A stretch of DNA of 64,000 nucleotides from a virus, in UHGV virus genome UHGV-0203537. One strand, given 5' to 3'. Shown one piece after another: positions 17,872-27,416 of this stretch (position 1 is the first letter of the stretch; each line of letters opens with the position of its first letter). A program made the position numbers and the translations under genes. A model generated the notes under the pieces. It saw only the letters and a program-made list of their open reading frames with translations, was not told the origin of the DNA and searched no databases.

Positions 17872-18837
17872 TTATTCGTTTCCAAAAAAGTAATCGAAGT
17901 CGTCCTCATCCATTGCGTCGAGCATCTCCCACTCGTTTTCGTCCATTCGGGCAAAAGTTCCTTCGGGGGTATAAGCGACAGCATTTTTCACCAGAACGAG
18001 AAGTTCCATATTGAAATCAAAACGATAAATGTTGTTGAGCTCATCAATGTAGAAGATGTCGCTTTCAGCCTCTATCATTTCGCCATTTTCAAATATGATA
18101 TAACCTTCATTAAGCGGCGAAGCTACGATACTTGTCATGTAATCCATATAGTCGAAATCGTCTTCGTCATCGTAATCGTCTGTTGTTTTGCTTGCCCAGT
18201 TACTCCTATATCCTCTCCATGAGCGCTCATAATCATAATCCTTGTAGAGTTTGAAGCCGGAGTTAGAATACATGATGCCTGTTTCGTTGTCTTTCACCCA
18301 ATCTCCGATATATGTAATTTCGCCATCGGGAGTTAAGAAACACATGCGGCTGCCGTTTATAGTTTCCTCGATGAGCTTCTGGCACACAGGCTGCTTATGA
18401 AAATCCGGCACCAGCTTTTTGAGATTTGAAAGTATCTCAAGATCGTATTCCATAGTATCGGAAATGCAGCTCCTTGGCTTTACGGAATTGATAATTCCAT
18501 TATGAGCCATGCCGATAGAGCACTGAGCTGTCAGCTTTTTAAGCATGCTCTCAACTCCCACGACAGGGAAAGGATGGGTATTTTCGGGAGTATTTCCGCC
18601 ATGAGTTCCAATGCGGAAGTGCATTATGACTGACGTATTTACAACGTCGATTTCCTTTTTAAGCTCTTCGATTGCAGTCATAAAATCGGGCAGTGTCATA
18701 AAACCTTTACGGATTATAACTTTGCCGTCCTTGTTAAACATAAACCCAGCCCCGTCCGGGTTCTTAAACCACATGGTTTCGATAGTCTCATTTGTGGGAA
18801 GGTTTTCTCCTATGGCAGATGATGCAATGATACACAT
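17872..18837 (-). CDS. class II glutamine amidotransferase (Ntn)
   Basis: MCII N-terminal Cys, NPDGAG, HFRIGTHG, HPF, AHNG, SDT. Confidence 0.9.
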   Translation of the reverse strand: MCIIASSAIGENLPTNETIETMWFKNPDGAGFMFNKDGKVIIRKGFMTLPDFMTAIEELKKEIDVVNTSVIMHFRIGTHGGNTPENTHPFPVVGVESMLKKLTAQCSIGMAHNGIINSVKPRSCISDTMEYDLEILSNLKKLVPDFHKQPVCQKLIEETINGSRMCFLTPDGEITYIGDWVKDNETGIMYSNSGFKLYKDYDYERSWRGYRSNWASKTTDDYDDEDDFDYMDYMTSIVASPLNEGYIIFENGEMIEAESDIFYIDELNNIYRFDFNMELLVLVKNAVAYTPEGTFARMDENEWEMLDAMDEDDFDYFFGNE

Positions 18838-18863
18838 AATTCATTTTCCTTTCTAATATGTAA

Positions 18864-20576
18864 TTAAACTTCTTCGGATTCTTCGTCTTCGACTATAGTT
18901 GCTGTAGGCAGCAAGCCCCTGCTCTGCATATAGCTCCTGAGTTCTGTAAATTCGGTATTAAGGAAAATGTCATTCCACGTTACCGAATATATGTCATTTA
19001 GCGAAACGCTCTTTGCATACAGACACATGGTCTGGACGAACTGCAGGGTTGCAATAAACGTCTCGTACCTGAGAGTTCCACGGAACAGCCTGAACTCAAT
19101 GGTCGAATAGTTGCACAGATTGATTGCGTGATATCGACCCTGCGATTTCTGGTTATTCATCTTTTCCTTGATTTCATCAACAAGGTCATTTTCTTTTATG
19201 TCGATATCGTTCTTATGAGCCCAACGATTGAGCTCCGACTGCCCACGACGGGAAAACTTTGTAACATTATCCCAGAATTTGTCAATGAGCATTATCAATT
19301 TTGCAATAGCCAGATCCTGCTCTGTTTCGTCGCTTCCGAAAAAGTTACGGCTGACGTGAACATGGAGTCCACAGGTTCTTGCATTATGACTTGTGAAACC
19401 ATTATTAAGGGCGACCTGCATAACATCCTGCCATGGCATTTGTTCCATATGATAACGGAGAGTGCAAGGATGGGATACTATCTCAATTCCGTCATCCAGG
19501 CTGCCATCGTGTTTGCAATAAACGTGGTCATCGCCATTAAATTCCATAGTGTCAGTTATGGAAAATGCGGTATCGCCTGCATCCTCACCGTTATCCACCT
19601 CGAGCTCTACGCCCATAAAGAGCTTGCTTCGTTCGTTGTCGGACTTAAAGAAAATAGGGGTGGGTTTATAGCCATAGTTGTGAATGCTATTCCTATGACA
19701 ATACTCAGAATAGCATTCGTCGCAATAGGCATAGTCATCGTCGCTCCAATTTATCTCATCCTCCCTTATCAGGGTATCACACTCTTCACAACGACGGTAT
19801 CCATACATGTCAAAGCAGTTATCACAAACGCAATGATTTTCATCGTCTCTGTAGCAAGACTCATCATCGAAATATTCGTCACATTCATCGCAGCGGTTGT
19901 AACCTCTGAGGCAGTCGTCGCAGACGTATATGTCACCGTCGTTGGTATGCACACAACATGAATCTTCACAACGAATTATGGAATTGCAATCATCGCAACG
20001 ACAATAATCATCATCGTAGCAATCACGGCAGACACAAGTATGTCTGTCGCTCTCTGTGTCGTCCTCGTGATAGAAGTCGCCACAGTCATCACACAGTACG
20101 TAATTATCCCAGCAGTCATCGCAGACCGTGACTTCTTCGCTATTGTGATATCCGTTCTGAGCATCTTCTTTTTCAATTATGGCTCCGCAATCGGAGCAGA
20201 AAGTGTATTTGCTGTCTTCATCTGCTTCGATGCAATCTTTACAGAGAACATTACCGTCCTCAATTATGTAATCGATGCCCTCGATTCCCTCTATTACCTG
20301 ACCGCAGTGAGGGCAGGTGACAGTTATCAGAGCGAGCTTACGCTGAAGTCTTTCTGTCGCTTTATGGTCGATCATATTGTCATTCCAATCCCAACAACCA
20401 TGATCGCTGTCTCTGGTTCCCTGATCTTCGACCATAAAATAAGGGAAATTTATTTCCCCCGTTATCTCTTTTATGGTCATTGTTTTACCCAAATAAATGT
20501 CCATTTTGGGATTCATGTAATCTACCAATCTGGAAACGATGACGACCTTCTGACCAACTTCATATCTTGTACTCAT
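18864..20576 (-). CDS. putative amidoligase (COOH-NH2 ligase) with Cys/Asp-rich CxxC repeats
   Basis: GVELEV, KHDGSL, EIVSHP, TCGLHVHVS, RYHAIN, TIEFRLFRGT. Confidence 0.88.
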   Translation of the reverse strand: MSTRYEVGQKVVIVSRLVDYMNPKMDIYLGKTMTIKEITGEINFPYFMVEDQGTRDSDHGCWDWNDNMIDHKATERLQRKLALITVTCPHCGQVIEGIEGIDYIIEDGNVLCKDCIEADEDSKYTFCSDCGAIIEKEDAQNGYHNSEEVTVCDDCWDNYVLCDDCGDFYHEDDTESDRHTCVCRDCYDDDYCRCDDCNSIIRCEDSCCVHTNDGDIYVCDDCLRGYNRCDECDEYFDDESCYRDDENHCVCDNCFDMYGYRRCEECDTLIREDEINWSDDDYAYCDECYSEYCHRNSIHNYGYKPTPIFFKSDNERSKLFMGVELEVDNGEDAGDTAFSITDTMEFNGDDHVYCKHDGSLDDGIEIVSHPCTLRYHMEQMPWQDVMQVALNNGFTSHNARTCGLHVHVSRNFFGSDETEQDLAIAKLIMLIDKFWDNVTKFSRRGQSELNRWAHKNDIDIKENDLVDEIKEKMNNQKSQGRYHAINLCNYSTIEFRLFRGTLRYETFIATLQFVQTMCLYAKSVSLNDIYSVTWNDIFLNTEFTELRSYMQSRGLLPTATIVEDEESEEV

Positions 20577-20670
20577 AATAAGTACCTCCTTTAAAAATTT
20601 TGATAGTCAAGCTATCAGAAAAGCCCACCAGACGGGCTGATGGGCTTATGCTCATAGTTTGAAATTGTAA

Positions 20671-20901
20671 TCATCCCTCGATAACGACAAACTTAGAATC
20701 GTCGTGATGAAGCATATAATATCCAATGTTTGGGTCATCACATCCGTATTCTTCAAGCTGCCCGTACTCGCCTTTTGTATGAACATCAGTGAGTACATTG
20801 TTGGCAAACGCATCGCATTCATAACAAGAATTATAAATGCCAACATAAGCATCGGGATCAGCAGTTTCAAGTTTTGCAATAAGTTCTCTTACGGTCATCA
20901 T
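20671..20901 (-). CDS. hypothetical protein
   Basis: MTVRELIAKLE common phage start. Confidence 0.65.
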   Translation of the reverse strand: MMTVRELIAKLETADPDAYVGIYNSCYECDAFANNVLTDVHTKGEYGQLEEYGCDDPNIGYYMLHHDDSKFVVIEG

Positions 20902-20938
20902 AGTAGCATTTCTCCTTTTAAATATGTGTGTATGATTA

Positions 20939-21436
20939 TCAGAACCACTTGGGGCGGTTCTCAGCGAGCCATTTTATCTCGTTGCCGAATTCTTTGATTG
21001 CGGCTTCGGCAAGCTCTTTGGTTTTAAAAAACGTCTTTCCAAAATCAATGCTGGAAACATTGAAATGTACCTCGGCTGTATTAGTTCTAATATTGCAAGT
21101 GAGATACCATTTGGGTTCAGTGTCATACGAATCAATGGGTTCGGGATTGTGTTCCGCTGCCCAACGCCTCATTCGGCGGGTAAGAGTGTCGCTTCGGCAA
21201 CACCATTCGGCGAGCTTTTCGTCGGTGTAGTAGTTTGACACCTCATAATGGCGATCAGTACTTGGGTAGCCCTCGTCAAAATCAGATACTATATCGCCAT
21301 AGGAGTCAATATAAAAGCAATTATATCTTCTTTCAAAGCCAGTGACTTTCTCGGATGCAGTCAGCCCCTTCACCTGTTCGTCTGTGAGCTGGACTGCGAT
21401 CTCCTTGTCTCCGATTATAAGTTTTGCAGTTTTCAT
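20939..21436 (-). CDS. hypothetical phage protein
   Basis: FKTKELAEAAI motif; similar to 28995..29543. Confidence 0.7.
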   Translation of the reverse strand: MKTAKLIIGDKEIAVQLTDEQVKGLTASEKVTGFERRYNCFYIDSYGDIVSDFDEGYPSTDRHYEVSNYYTDEKLAEWCCRSDTLTRRMRRWAAEHNPEPIDSYDTEPKWYLTCNIRTNTAEVHFNVSSIDFGKTFFKTKELAEAAIKEFGNEIKWLAENRPKWF

Positions 21437-22221
21437 TACTGAACATCTCCTTTCTGGAAATCTTTATAATTTGTCGGACAATTATTATCCGCATAGAACT
21501 TCAACAGCTGAAGAAAAGCGTTGAAATTCAGTTTGTATTTGTCCAGTCCTCTGAGCTTGCCCTTGTTGATGCAAGTCAGAGTCTGCGACTGTATAGCCTT
21601 TACGTTTTCAGTTATGTAGCTGTACTTGAACCGCTTCAGCATCGGGGCAAAGAAATGCTGAAGTGCAGTTTCGTTCATCTGCTCGAACAATCTGCGCATT
21701 TCCATATACGCTTTGAAATTAGCGTCTTTTTCAGCTGCCTCGTTCATAGCGATAAGGCAGTCGATAGGAGATGTATAAGATTCGGAATTTGCGGTTGCAG
21801 TGAGAGCGGTAGCTTCGTGTTCTGTATTGTTAACGCCGTCACGGTAAGCATTGAGGGTTTCAATATTAAAAAGGCTGGGGCGTCTGCCGGCACCCTTTAT
21901 ATCAGGAATAATTGCTTTTGATGCAATAAGCCGTCTCAGATAATCATAACTAATTCCGAGATAAGCTGCCGCATCTGCGGTATTGAGCATATCGGGGTTG
22001 AGAGCTTTGTAAATTTGGATTATATCCGAATTTGTCCACACATAGCTACGACCGATAGTCTCAGGGTTTAAATTGAGATGCCGGAAAATATAATTTTGAA
22101 GTGTTTTAAGGGGAATGCCGATGATTGCGGCAACTTCCCTTGTCTTAAAGTTTTCCTTGTTTGCAGTTGCGAGAGCAGACTTGATTTCTTCGATTGTTTT
22201 CATAGCAATACTTCCTTTCAA
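21436..22221 (-). CDS. tandem HTH (excisionase/MerR-like) DNA-binding protein
   Basis: KTREVAAIIGIPLKTLQNY and LNTADAAAYLGISYDYLRRL. Confidence 0.75.
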   Translation of the reverse strand: MKGSIAMKTIEEIKSALATANKENFKTREVAAIIGIPLKTLQNYIFRHLNLNPETIGRSYVWTNSDIIQIYKALNPDMLNTADAAAYLGISYDYLRRLIASKAIIPDIKGAGRRPSLFNIETLNAYRDGVNNTEHEATALTATANSESYTSPIDCLIAMNEAAEKDANFKAYMEMRRLFEQMNETALQHFFAPMLKRFKYSYITENVKAIQSQTLTCINKGKLRGLDKYKLNFNAFLQLLKFYADNNCPTNYKDFQKGDVQ

Positions 22222-22236
22222 ATATATCTAATATGT

Positions 22237-22449
22237 TTAGGCGAGTTCTCTTGCAAGATCACGTTTGCAAAGAACTATCTCTGCCTTAACGGTTGAGATG
22301 TTATCTCTTATCAAGGCAGTCTCATATTTGCTGTTTGCAGCTATGAGGTCAGAGTTAAGGTCAGCGAGCTGTTTTGTGAGCATTGCCAGCTCTTGCTTGT
22401 AATACTCAGCCAACGTGTTTTGCCTCCTTTCTATCCAATATGTGTTCAC
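22237..22449 (-). CDS. hypothetical helical protein
   Basis: AAAGGAGG RBS lies inside the ORF start, so the real start is slightly downstream. Confidence 0.5.
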   Translation of the reverse strand: MNTYWIERRQNTLAEYYKQELAMLTKQLADLNSDLIAANSKYETALIRDNISTVKAEIVLCKRDLARELA

Positions 22450-22672
22450 AACCGTATTTTACAGTTGTGACAATAATTGTTTTGGCAATGAAAGCCCAGT
22501 CTCCTACGCACTTTGCAATTATCCCGCAGAACAGTGCGGGAAAGATTATTATTCCTGTCATGTCTTTTTCCCACGGGGACATGAGGGAAATAAGAATTAC
22601 CGTCGCCGCAATAATGGCAATGGAAATTATGTGCCATTCTGCGGGAGCATAATGGTGTTTTACAGTTTTCAT
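22406..22672 (-). CDS. small membrane protein
   Basis: Two hydrophobic segments. Confidence 0.55.
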   Translation of the reverse strand: MKTVKHHYAPAEWHIISIAIIAATVILISLMSPWEKDMTGIIIFPALFCGIIAKCVGDWAFIAKTIIVTTVKYGCEHILDRKEAKHVG

Positions 22673-22762
22673 TTAGAAAACCCCTTTCAAATATGTATTT
22701 GCAGTTACCTGCTGGGGCGGAGTGATTGGTAGAGCAGCACCCCGCTAAGCTACTGTGAATTA

Positions 22763-23284
22763 TTAGAGATAATCAGCGTGTGACAGTAAAAAATCTTCAT
22801 CCATATTGTATTTCTTTTTCATAGCATCGAATTTATTTCGATCTACAATATTGACTTCATAGTTTTCAAGGAATGGGATTATCGGACAATCAGTATCAAA
22901 ATCCCAGCTTAAAGCCGTCGCAAAGGTTTCATTTGTCATTACGGTGTAATGGAACTTGAAGAGACTTGTCATACAAGAATTATCCGGCGATTTGGTGTTG
23001 TCACACCATTTAAAATGTCTTAACAGCAAAAGCTGTAACGCAATTGCCATATTATAATTGTCGAAGTTGAATCCCTCAAAAATAAAATGATCGTGATCTC
23101 CTTTTGTTACAACGTATTTGGCAATATCATCGGGAACATCAATATCCATAAACGGGAGAGGACGTGTCCTGCCCTCGTTGTTGAGGTAAACGTATTTTGC
23201 AATTTCTGCAATAATATCGTTCTTAGCCGTAATTTTGAGTCCCCACTTTGAAAAAGTATAAACCTTTTTGTTTTTTTCTTCCAT
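22763..23284 (-). CDS. hypothetical protein
   Basis: GGAGG RBS. Confidence 0.65.
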   Translation of the reverse strand: MEEKNKKVYTFSKWGLKITAKNDIIAEIAKYVYLNNEGRTRPLPFMDIDVPDDIAKYVVTKGDHDHFIFEGFNFDNYNMAIALQLLLLRHFKWCDNTKSPDNSCMTSLFKFHYTVMTNETFATALSWDFDTDCPIIPFLENYEVNIVDRNKFDAMKKKYNMDEDFLLSHADYL

Positions 23285-23419
23285 GTTAGAATTCCTCCAA
23301 AAATTTAATAATGACAGCTTGTGCCATTGGGACGGGGTTGTTGTTTAGGCAGTGCCCCGTGAAAACTGCCGTTATATGCGCATTGGAATCACAGCCTTTT
23401 TAATATTGCTTGGCAGTCT

Positions 23420-23602
23420 TTAGACGATGAGTGTCAGAGGGCACTCGAAGTTGCGAAGCTTGAACTCATTCCAGTTCGCAGAATAGGTATGACCTGCGAA
23501 CTTGATGAATGCTATGGACGAATCCATAGCGTCTCTACGGAGAATTATATCACTCCGTGAGTGACAGCCAAGTGAATAGAGATTGAGTGTAATGTTAGGC
23601 AT
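23420..23602 (-). CDS. small hypothetical protein
   Basis: GAAAGGA RBS. Confidence 0.5.
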   Translation of the reverse strand: MPNITLNLYSLGCHSRSDIILRRDAMDSSIAFIKFAGHTYSANWNEFKLRNFECPLTLIV

Positions 23603-23830
23603 AGTAGTTTCCTTTCTGCTCGGTTTAGTGACATGAGCTGGTCGATAACCGACCTACACTGTTGCGTAGGTCTGGTGGTGAAGGGCAGTGTAACCTTGCC
23701 CAAGAAATTATCCTCTGTCGGGTTTATATCCGCAGAGGTATTGGGTCGGAGCCATTTATTTTAGGTCGTTGACCCCAACAGGACGACCTGTGCCCGGGAT
23801 TGGGCATGGCGTGGCATGGAATCACCTCGC

Positions 23831-24535
23831 TTAGAATGCCATTTGTGCCTGTACTGCCTTAATCTGTTCGGGCGTCAGCATATTCATGATAAACGTAACC
23901 ATGGTTTCGTTCTGCTCATTCTTAGCCTTTTCAGCCTCGTATGCCTCCTTGTTCTTACGCATCTGCTCCGCAAGTTCGTCCATTTCGGACTTGCTTGTCT
24001 TACGGGAAGACTTAGGGTCGCACCATGTTCCGTCGTTGAGAACATGATTAGTAAGGTAGAGAGCATATTTGATAAATGTAGACTTGGTAGTGTAACCGCC
24101 AAGGACACTTTTTTCCTTGGTGTCTTTATCGGTCTTAGTCTGTCTCTTAGGGGCAAACATAGCCGTGAGCATAGCTATATTGCCAACACCGCAACCGAGA
24201 CCAACCGCTTTAAGATATGAGCGGGCAAAGTCGTGAGCTTTGTTGACCGATTTATCTCTCTGGTTGTCAGTCCGTGATGTGGCGGCGGTTTCAAGGTACT
24301 CAAAGACCTTGACAAGGTTGCCGAGAGCAGACTTGGCGGACTCGTCCTCGATGTCGGACAGCTTGGGAGCGTGTGCAAAGCTGTCAGCAAGAGCGGTCGT
24401 AGTAATAGAGATGAATTTGCCGTCTGCACCTTTTTTCTTATAGGTGATAGGGGTAGAGACGATAGCGCTGAATGTAGAGTTAATAGTCATAAAGACCTCC
24501 ATTTTAAAGTCACATGGACTATGATTTATACCCAT
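23831..24535 (-). CDS. hypothetical early protein (likely start MTINST at 24490)
   Basis: GGAGG RBS at ~24496-24500. Confidence 0.7.
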   Translation of the reverse strand: MGINHSPCDFKMEVFMTINSTFSAIVSTPITYKKKGADGKFISITTTALADSFAHAPKLSDIEDESAKSALGNLVKVFEYLETAATSRTDNQRDKSVNKAHDFARSYLKAVGLGCGVGNIAMLTAMFAPKRQTKTDKDTKEKSVLGGYTTKSTFIKYALYLTNHVLNDGTWCDPKSSRKTSKSEMDELAEQMRKNKEAYEAEKAKNEQNETMVTFIMNMLTPEQIKAVQAQMAF

Positions 24536-24592
24536 AATGGGAAGTGGCGATAGTACGGATACAATGCCTCCATACTCCAGAGGGCAATAAAA

Positions 24593-24811
24593 TTATGCGA
24601 GGACAATTTTACCGTCTTTAATAGCTAAACCAAAGTCGGACAAAGGTGTATAATAATCCTCCGTTTCGTTTTTATACCCTAATACATAGGGTACATCTGG
24701 TTCATCGTCAAAATACTCGATAACGAAATAATCCACATCAAGGTCCATACAGGCATAAAGATATTTTTTATATGCCTCAGCGACAACATTCATTTTGCAA
24801 AAAGTAAACAT
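24593..24811 (-). CDS. hypothetical acidic protein
   Basis: AGGAGG RBS. Confidence 0.6.
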   Translation of the reverse strand: MFTFCKMNVVAEAYKKYLYACMDLDVDYFVIEYFDDEPDVPYVLGYKNETEDYYTPLSDFGLAIKDGKIVLA

Positions 24812-24960
24812 AATAATGACCTCCTATAATATTTTTTGAGTGTTTAGCACTCTATGGAGCGCACAAAGTCCGCACGGTTATCCCTATGCAAAGCGGCGGA
24901 AATGTTGGCGGTTTATGCGCTCGAACAATGCTAAAATTTACAGATGTACAGCGACACCCC

Positions 24961-24989
24961 TTGACAAGAGCCAAAGAGTGTGCTATACT
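24961..24989 (+). promoter_or_regulatory. promoter of antisense sRNA
   Basis: TTGACA-17bp-TATACT with extended TG. Confidence 0.8.
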
Positions 24990-25003
24990 AAGTGTTGTAT
25001 GGT

Positions 25004-25114
25004 TTAGTCAGCGAATACGGGGTCGTTGGGATAATCCCACGCCTCTTCATCGCTGACATATTCGGTTACGTCACTGTCGGAAGTGACATAACTATATGAG
25101 GAATACTCATCCAT
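25004..25114 (-). CDS. 36-aa acidic peptide MDEYSSYSYVTSDSDVTEYVSDEEAWDYPNDPVFAD
   Basis: GGGAGGTG RBS with GGAGG 8 nt before ATG; below the ORF-track cutoff. Confidence 0.6.
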   Translation of the reverse strand: MDEYSSYSYVTSDSDVTEYVSDEEAWDYPNDPVFAD

Positions 25115-25141
25115 AACAAACACCTCCCTTCTGTAGGGAGT

Positions 25142-25172
25142 CCGCCTACGCTTTTGGTGTGGGCGGTTTTTT
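25142..25172 (+). terminator. intrinsic terminator
   Basis: CCGCCTACGC/GTGTGGGCGG stem plus T6. Confidence 0.8.
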
Positions 25173-25691
25173 GCTATGTAATTGGCTTGCTTATGTCATC
25201 AAAAGCGCCGTGTTACTTTTGGGACATATACGGCGTTGAAACACTCAAACATCACGCTATAGCGGACTGTTTTCTAATAAAGCATATCGTTTCATAGAAC
25301 TATGCTTATGCCAAAATTATACTAATTACAGCAGACCTATAGCAGGCGTGCCTACACTCTTATGCACCATTTTCCCGACTTTTGGCGAAGGGACTCTGCG
25401 GAGTAACAGAGACTACAACGTTCATACTTATTTTTCAGCATGATTAAACCACATTGACCAACTTTTCCTTCCTCTCTTGCGGTCTGCGCTGTAGATTTTA
25501 GGCGTGAGTGCCTACACCTTGCAAGCGTATAGGGGCTTGCATACCATGCAACTTTTAGTTAGCTGTCAACTCCGTGACTATGGCTTGCGGTACCTCTTTT
25601 GATTATTTCCTTGCGGACTGGCTAAAAGATAAGCCAACGGTCAAGAGCTTTATTATTTTTTCTTTGCTGTTGTTCCCTTGACTGTAGCTAT

Positions 25692-25720
25692 AATATATCT
25701 CATAATATCCAATATGTCAA
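25692..25720 (-). promoter_or_regulatory. leftward early promoter
   Basis: TTGACA-17bp-TATATT; ACATATTGGA motif overlaps the -35. Confidence 0.75.
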
Positions 25721-26114
25721 TAGACAACTGCAAAATCCCCGTTTTTGGCTTGCCTACGTTGTCCCTCTACTCGAAAAAGAGGGACAAATGGGGTGTATTT
25801 TACAAGAAATTTTCGATTAAAAATTCACTTTTCCTCGTAGTCACTTTTTGCTCATCACCCCTCACAAACCGCCCCATTGAACCGCTCCGCACAGCCCCAA
25901 CCCCACTCAAAAATCCCGCCCAATCGCACTCAGCAAGCTCCGATCCGCAAATCTCATTTTGTCCCTCTTTTTACGTCCAGCAGTCCACACTCATTTTGTC
26001 ACAATTCACAAATCTCACTCACAATCCTTGTAATATCCTACGAAAAATCCACATTCAAAAAACTTCGTCACATTGCACAAATCGCAAAAAATCCCTTGCA
26101 ATATCCAAAAATGC

Positions 26115-26143
26115 TTGACAAATCCAGTAAAAAAGCCTATAAT
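26115..26143 (+). promoter_or_regulatory. rightward promoter
   Basis: TTGACA-17bp-TATAAT. Confidence 0.85.
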
Positions 26144-26170
26144 TAGAGTATCAAAACATATTAGAAAGGA

Positions 26171-26980
26171 TTGACCAATATGTACGCAATAGCCAATTCG
26201 CCCGTAGTTTCTCTCGCCAATGTTATCAACATAGATCGTCGTCCGAAACCTGTCCCCTCTAATTACACAGCCCGAGGAAAGCGCAAAGCAACACCGGGAG
26301 ACCCGTTCCGAGATCTCTCGGACATTCAGCTCTTCAAGAACTACTTCCATGAACACTCCCTCCGCAACTATGCACTCTTTGTTCTTGGCATCTCAATCGG
26401 CATAAGAGGTAAAGACTTACTCCGTCTGCAAGTCCGTGATGTAGTGACCAACGACGGTTTTGTCGCTGATGAAATATCAACCTTCGAATCTAAGACTCAC
26501 AAGATGAACCACCCAATCATCAACGCCGAAGCCAAAGCAGCAATAGCTGAATATTTGAGCAGTCTTTCCGTAGTTCACCCTGATGACTATCTCTTCAGAG
26601 CCTCATCTGACGAAAACAAGCCTCTTGAAACCAACTCTCTCCGTCGTCTCCTGGTCAGAGCAAAGGAAGCACTTGCACCACAGCTCTCGGGTAACTTCAG
26701 TCTCAACGTTCGTTCACTTCGCAAGACGTTCGCATATTGGATAATTGTTCAGCATTATGATGATCCCCACGTAATGGCTTCACTGCAGGAAATGCTCAAC
26801 CACGACTCAATGCTCACAACGCTCCACTATTCCGGACACACTCGTGATCATCTGTCCGTCATGTACCAAGACATGGGAAACGTTGTTGCCGGCACAGCAA
26901 CCAGAGTTCTCCCTCAAACAGAAAGCGTCGAAGCGATGCTCGAAAAGCTGCTTGATGCCCTTAAGCTCGATGCCGAGTAA
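26171..26980 (+). CDS. tyrosine recombinase/integrase-family protein (catalytic domain only)
   Basis: GIRGKDLLRL, SLRKTF, LNH and TLHY motifs. Confidence 0.88.
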   Translation: MTNMYAIANSPVVSLANVINIDRRPKPVPSNYTARGKRKATPGDPFRDLSDIQLFKNYFHEHSLRNYALFVLGISIGIRGKDLLRLQVRDVVTNDGFVADEISTFESKTHKMNHPIINAEAKAAIAEYLSSLSVVHPDDYLFRASSDENKPLETNSLRRLLVRAKEALAPQLSGNFSLNVRSLRKTFAYWIIVQHYDDPHVMASLQEMLNHDSMLTTLHYSGHTRDHLSVMYQDMGNVVAGTATRVLPQTESVEAMLEKLLDALKLDAE

Positions 26981-27070
26981 CCCCGGGGTACGATTAACAC
27001 GAAACACAACGTCACACACCACATTGGCGGGGTTAAGGCTCCTGCTATGCAATATTAGAAAGGATTATCA

Positions 27071-27388
27071 ATGACATATACCATATTTCAATGCCCAGTA
27101 ACAATTCCCTACTGTTTCATGCCTTATGATGAAAGCGAGTTCTCGCCCGCTGATTATGTTCCAGTTTACGAGGGAGAGATCTCGGGTGACATCAACGACC
27201 AGATGCTTGAAGCACTCTATGAAACCCTCAACATATGCCAGCCCAAAGACTATCACGCCCGTTCTCTTTCGGTAAGCGATGTTATTGTGTTTGATATTGC
27301 CGGTAATCGCAAGGCATATTATGTTGAACCTATTGGCTTCAAAGAAATTAATTTCCCTACCGCTATTTCATTCCAGAAGCGCCACTAA
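27071..27388 (+). CDS. YodL-like protein
   Basis: YVPVYEG..ARSLSVSDVIV..YYVEPIGF. Confidence 0.75.
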   Translation: MTYTIFQCPVTIPYCFMPYDESEFSPADYVPVYEGEISGDINDQMLEALYETLNICQPKDYHARSLSVSDVIVFDIAGNRKAYYVEPIGFKEINFPTAISFQKRH

Positions 27389-27416
27389 CTATACTATATA
27401 TAAAGGAGTAATAATC

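Larger units (their letters stand above)
24996..25172 (+). ncRNA. candidate ~175-nt antisense RNA
   Basis: Bounded by a promoter and an intrinsic terminator; covers a minus-strand small ORF and its RBS. Confidence 0.65.

Noticed and set aside
16457..20594. Long plus-strand ORFs 16457..17056, 19128..19961 and 20040..20594
   Set aside because: Antisense shadows of well-supported minus-strand genes.
25678..26356. ORFs 25678..26118, 25877..26146 and 26015..26356
   Set aside because: They arise from the skewed composition, span promoters and lack RBSs.
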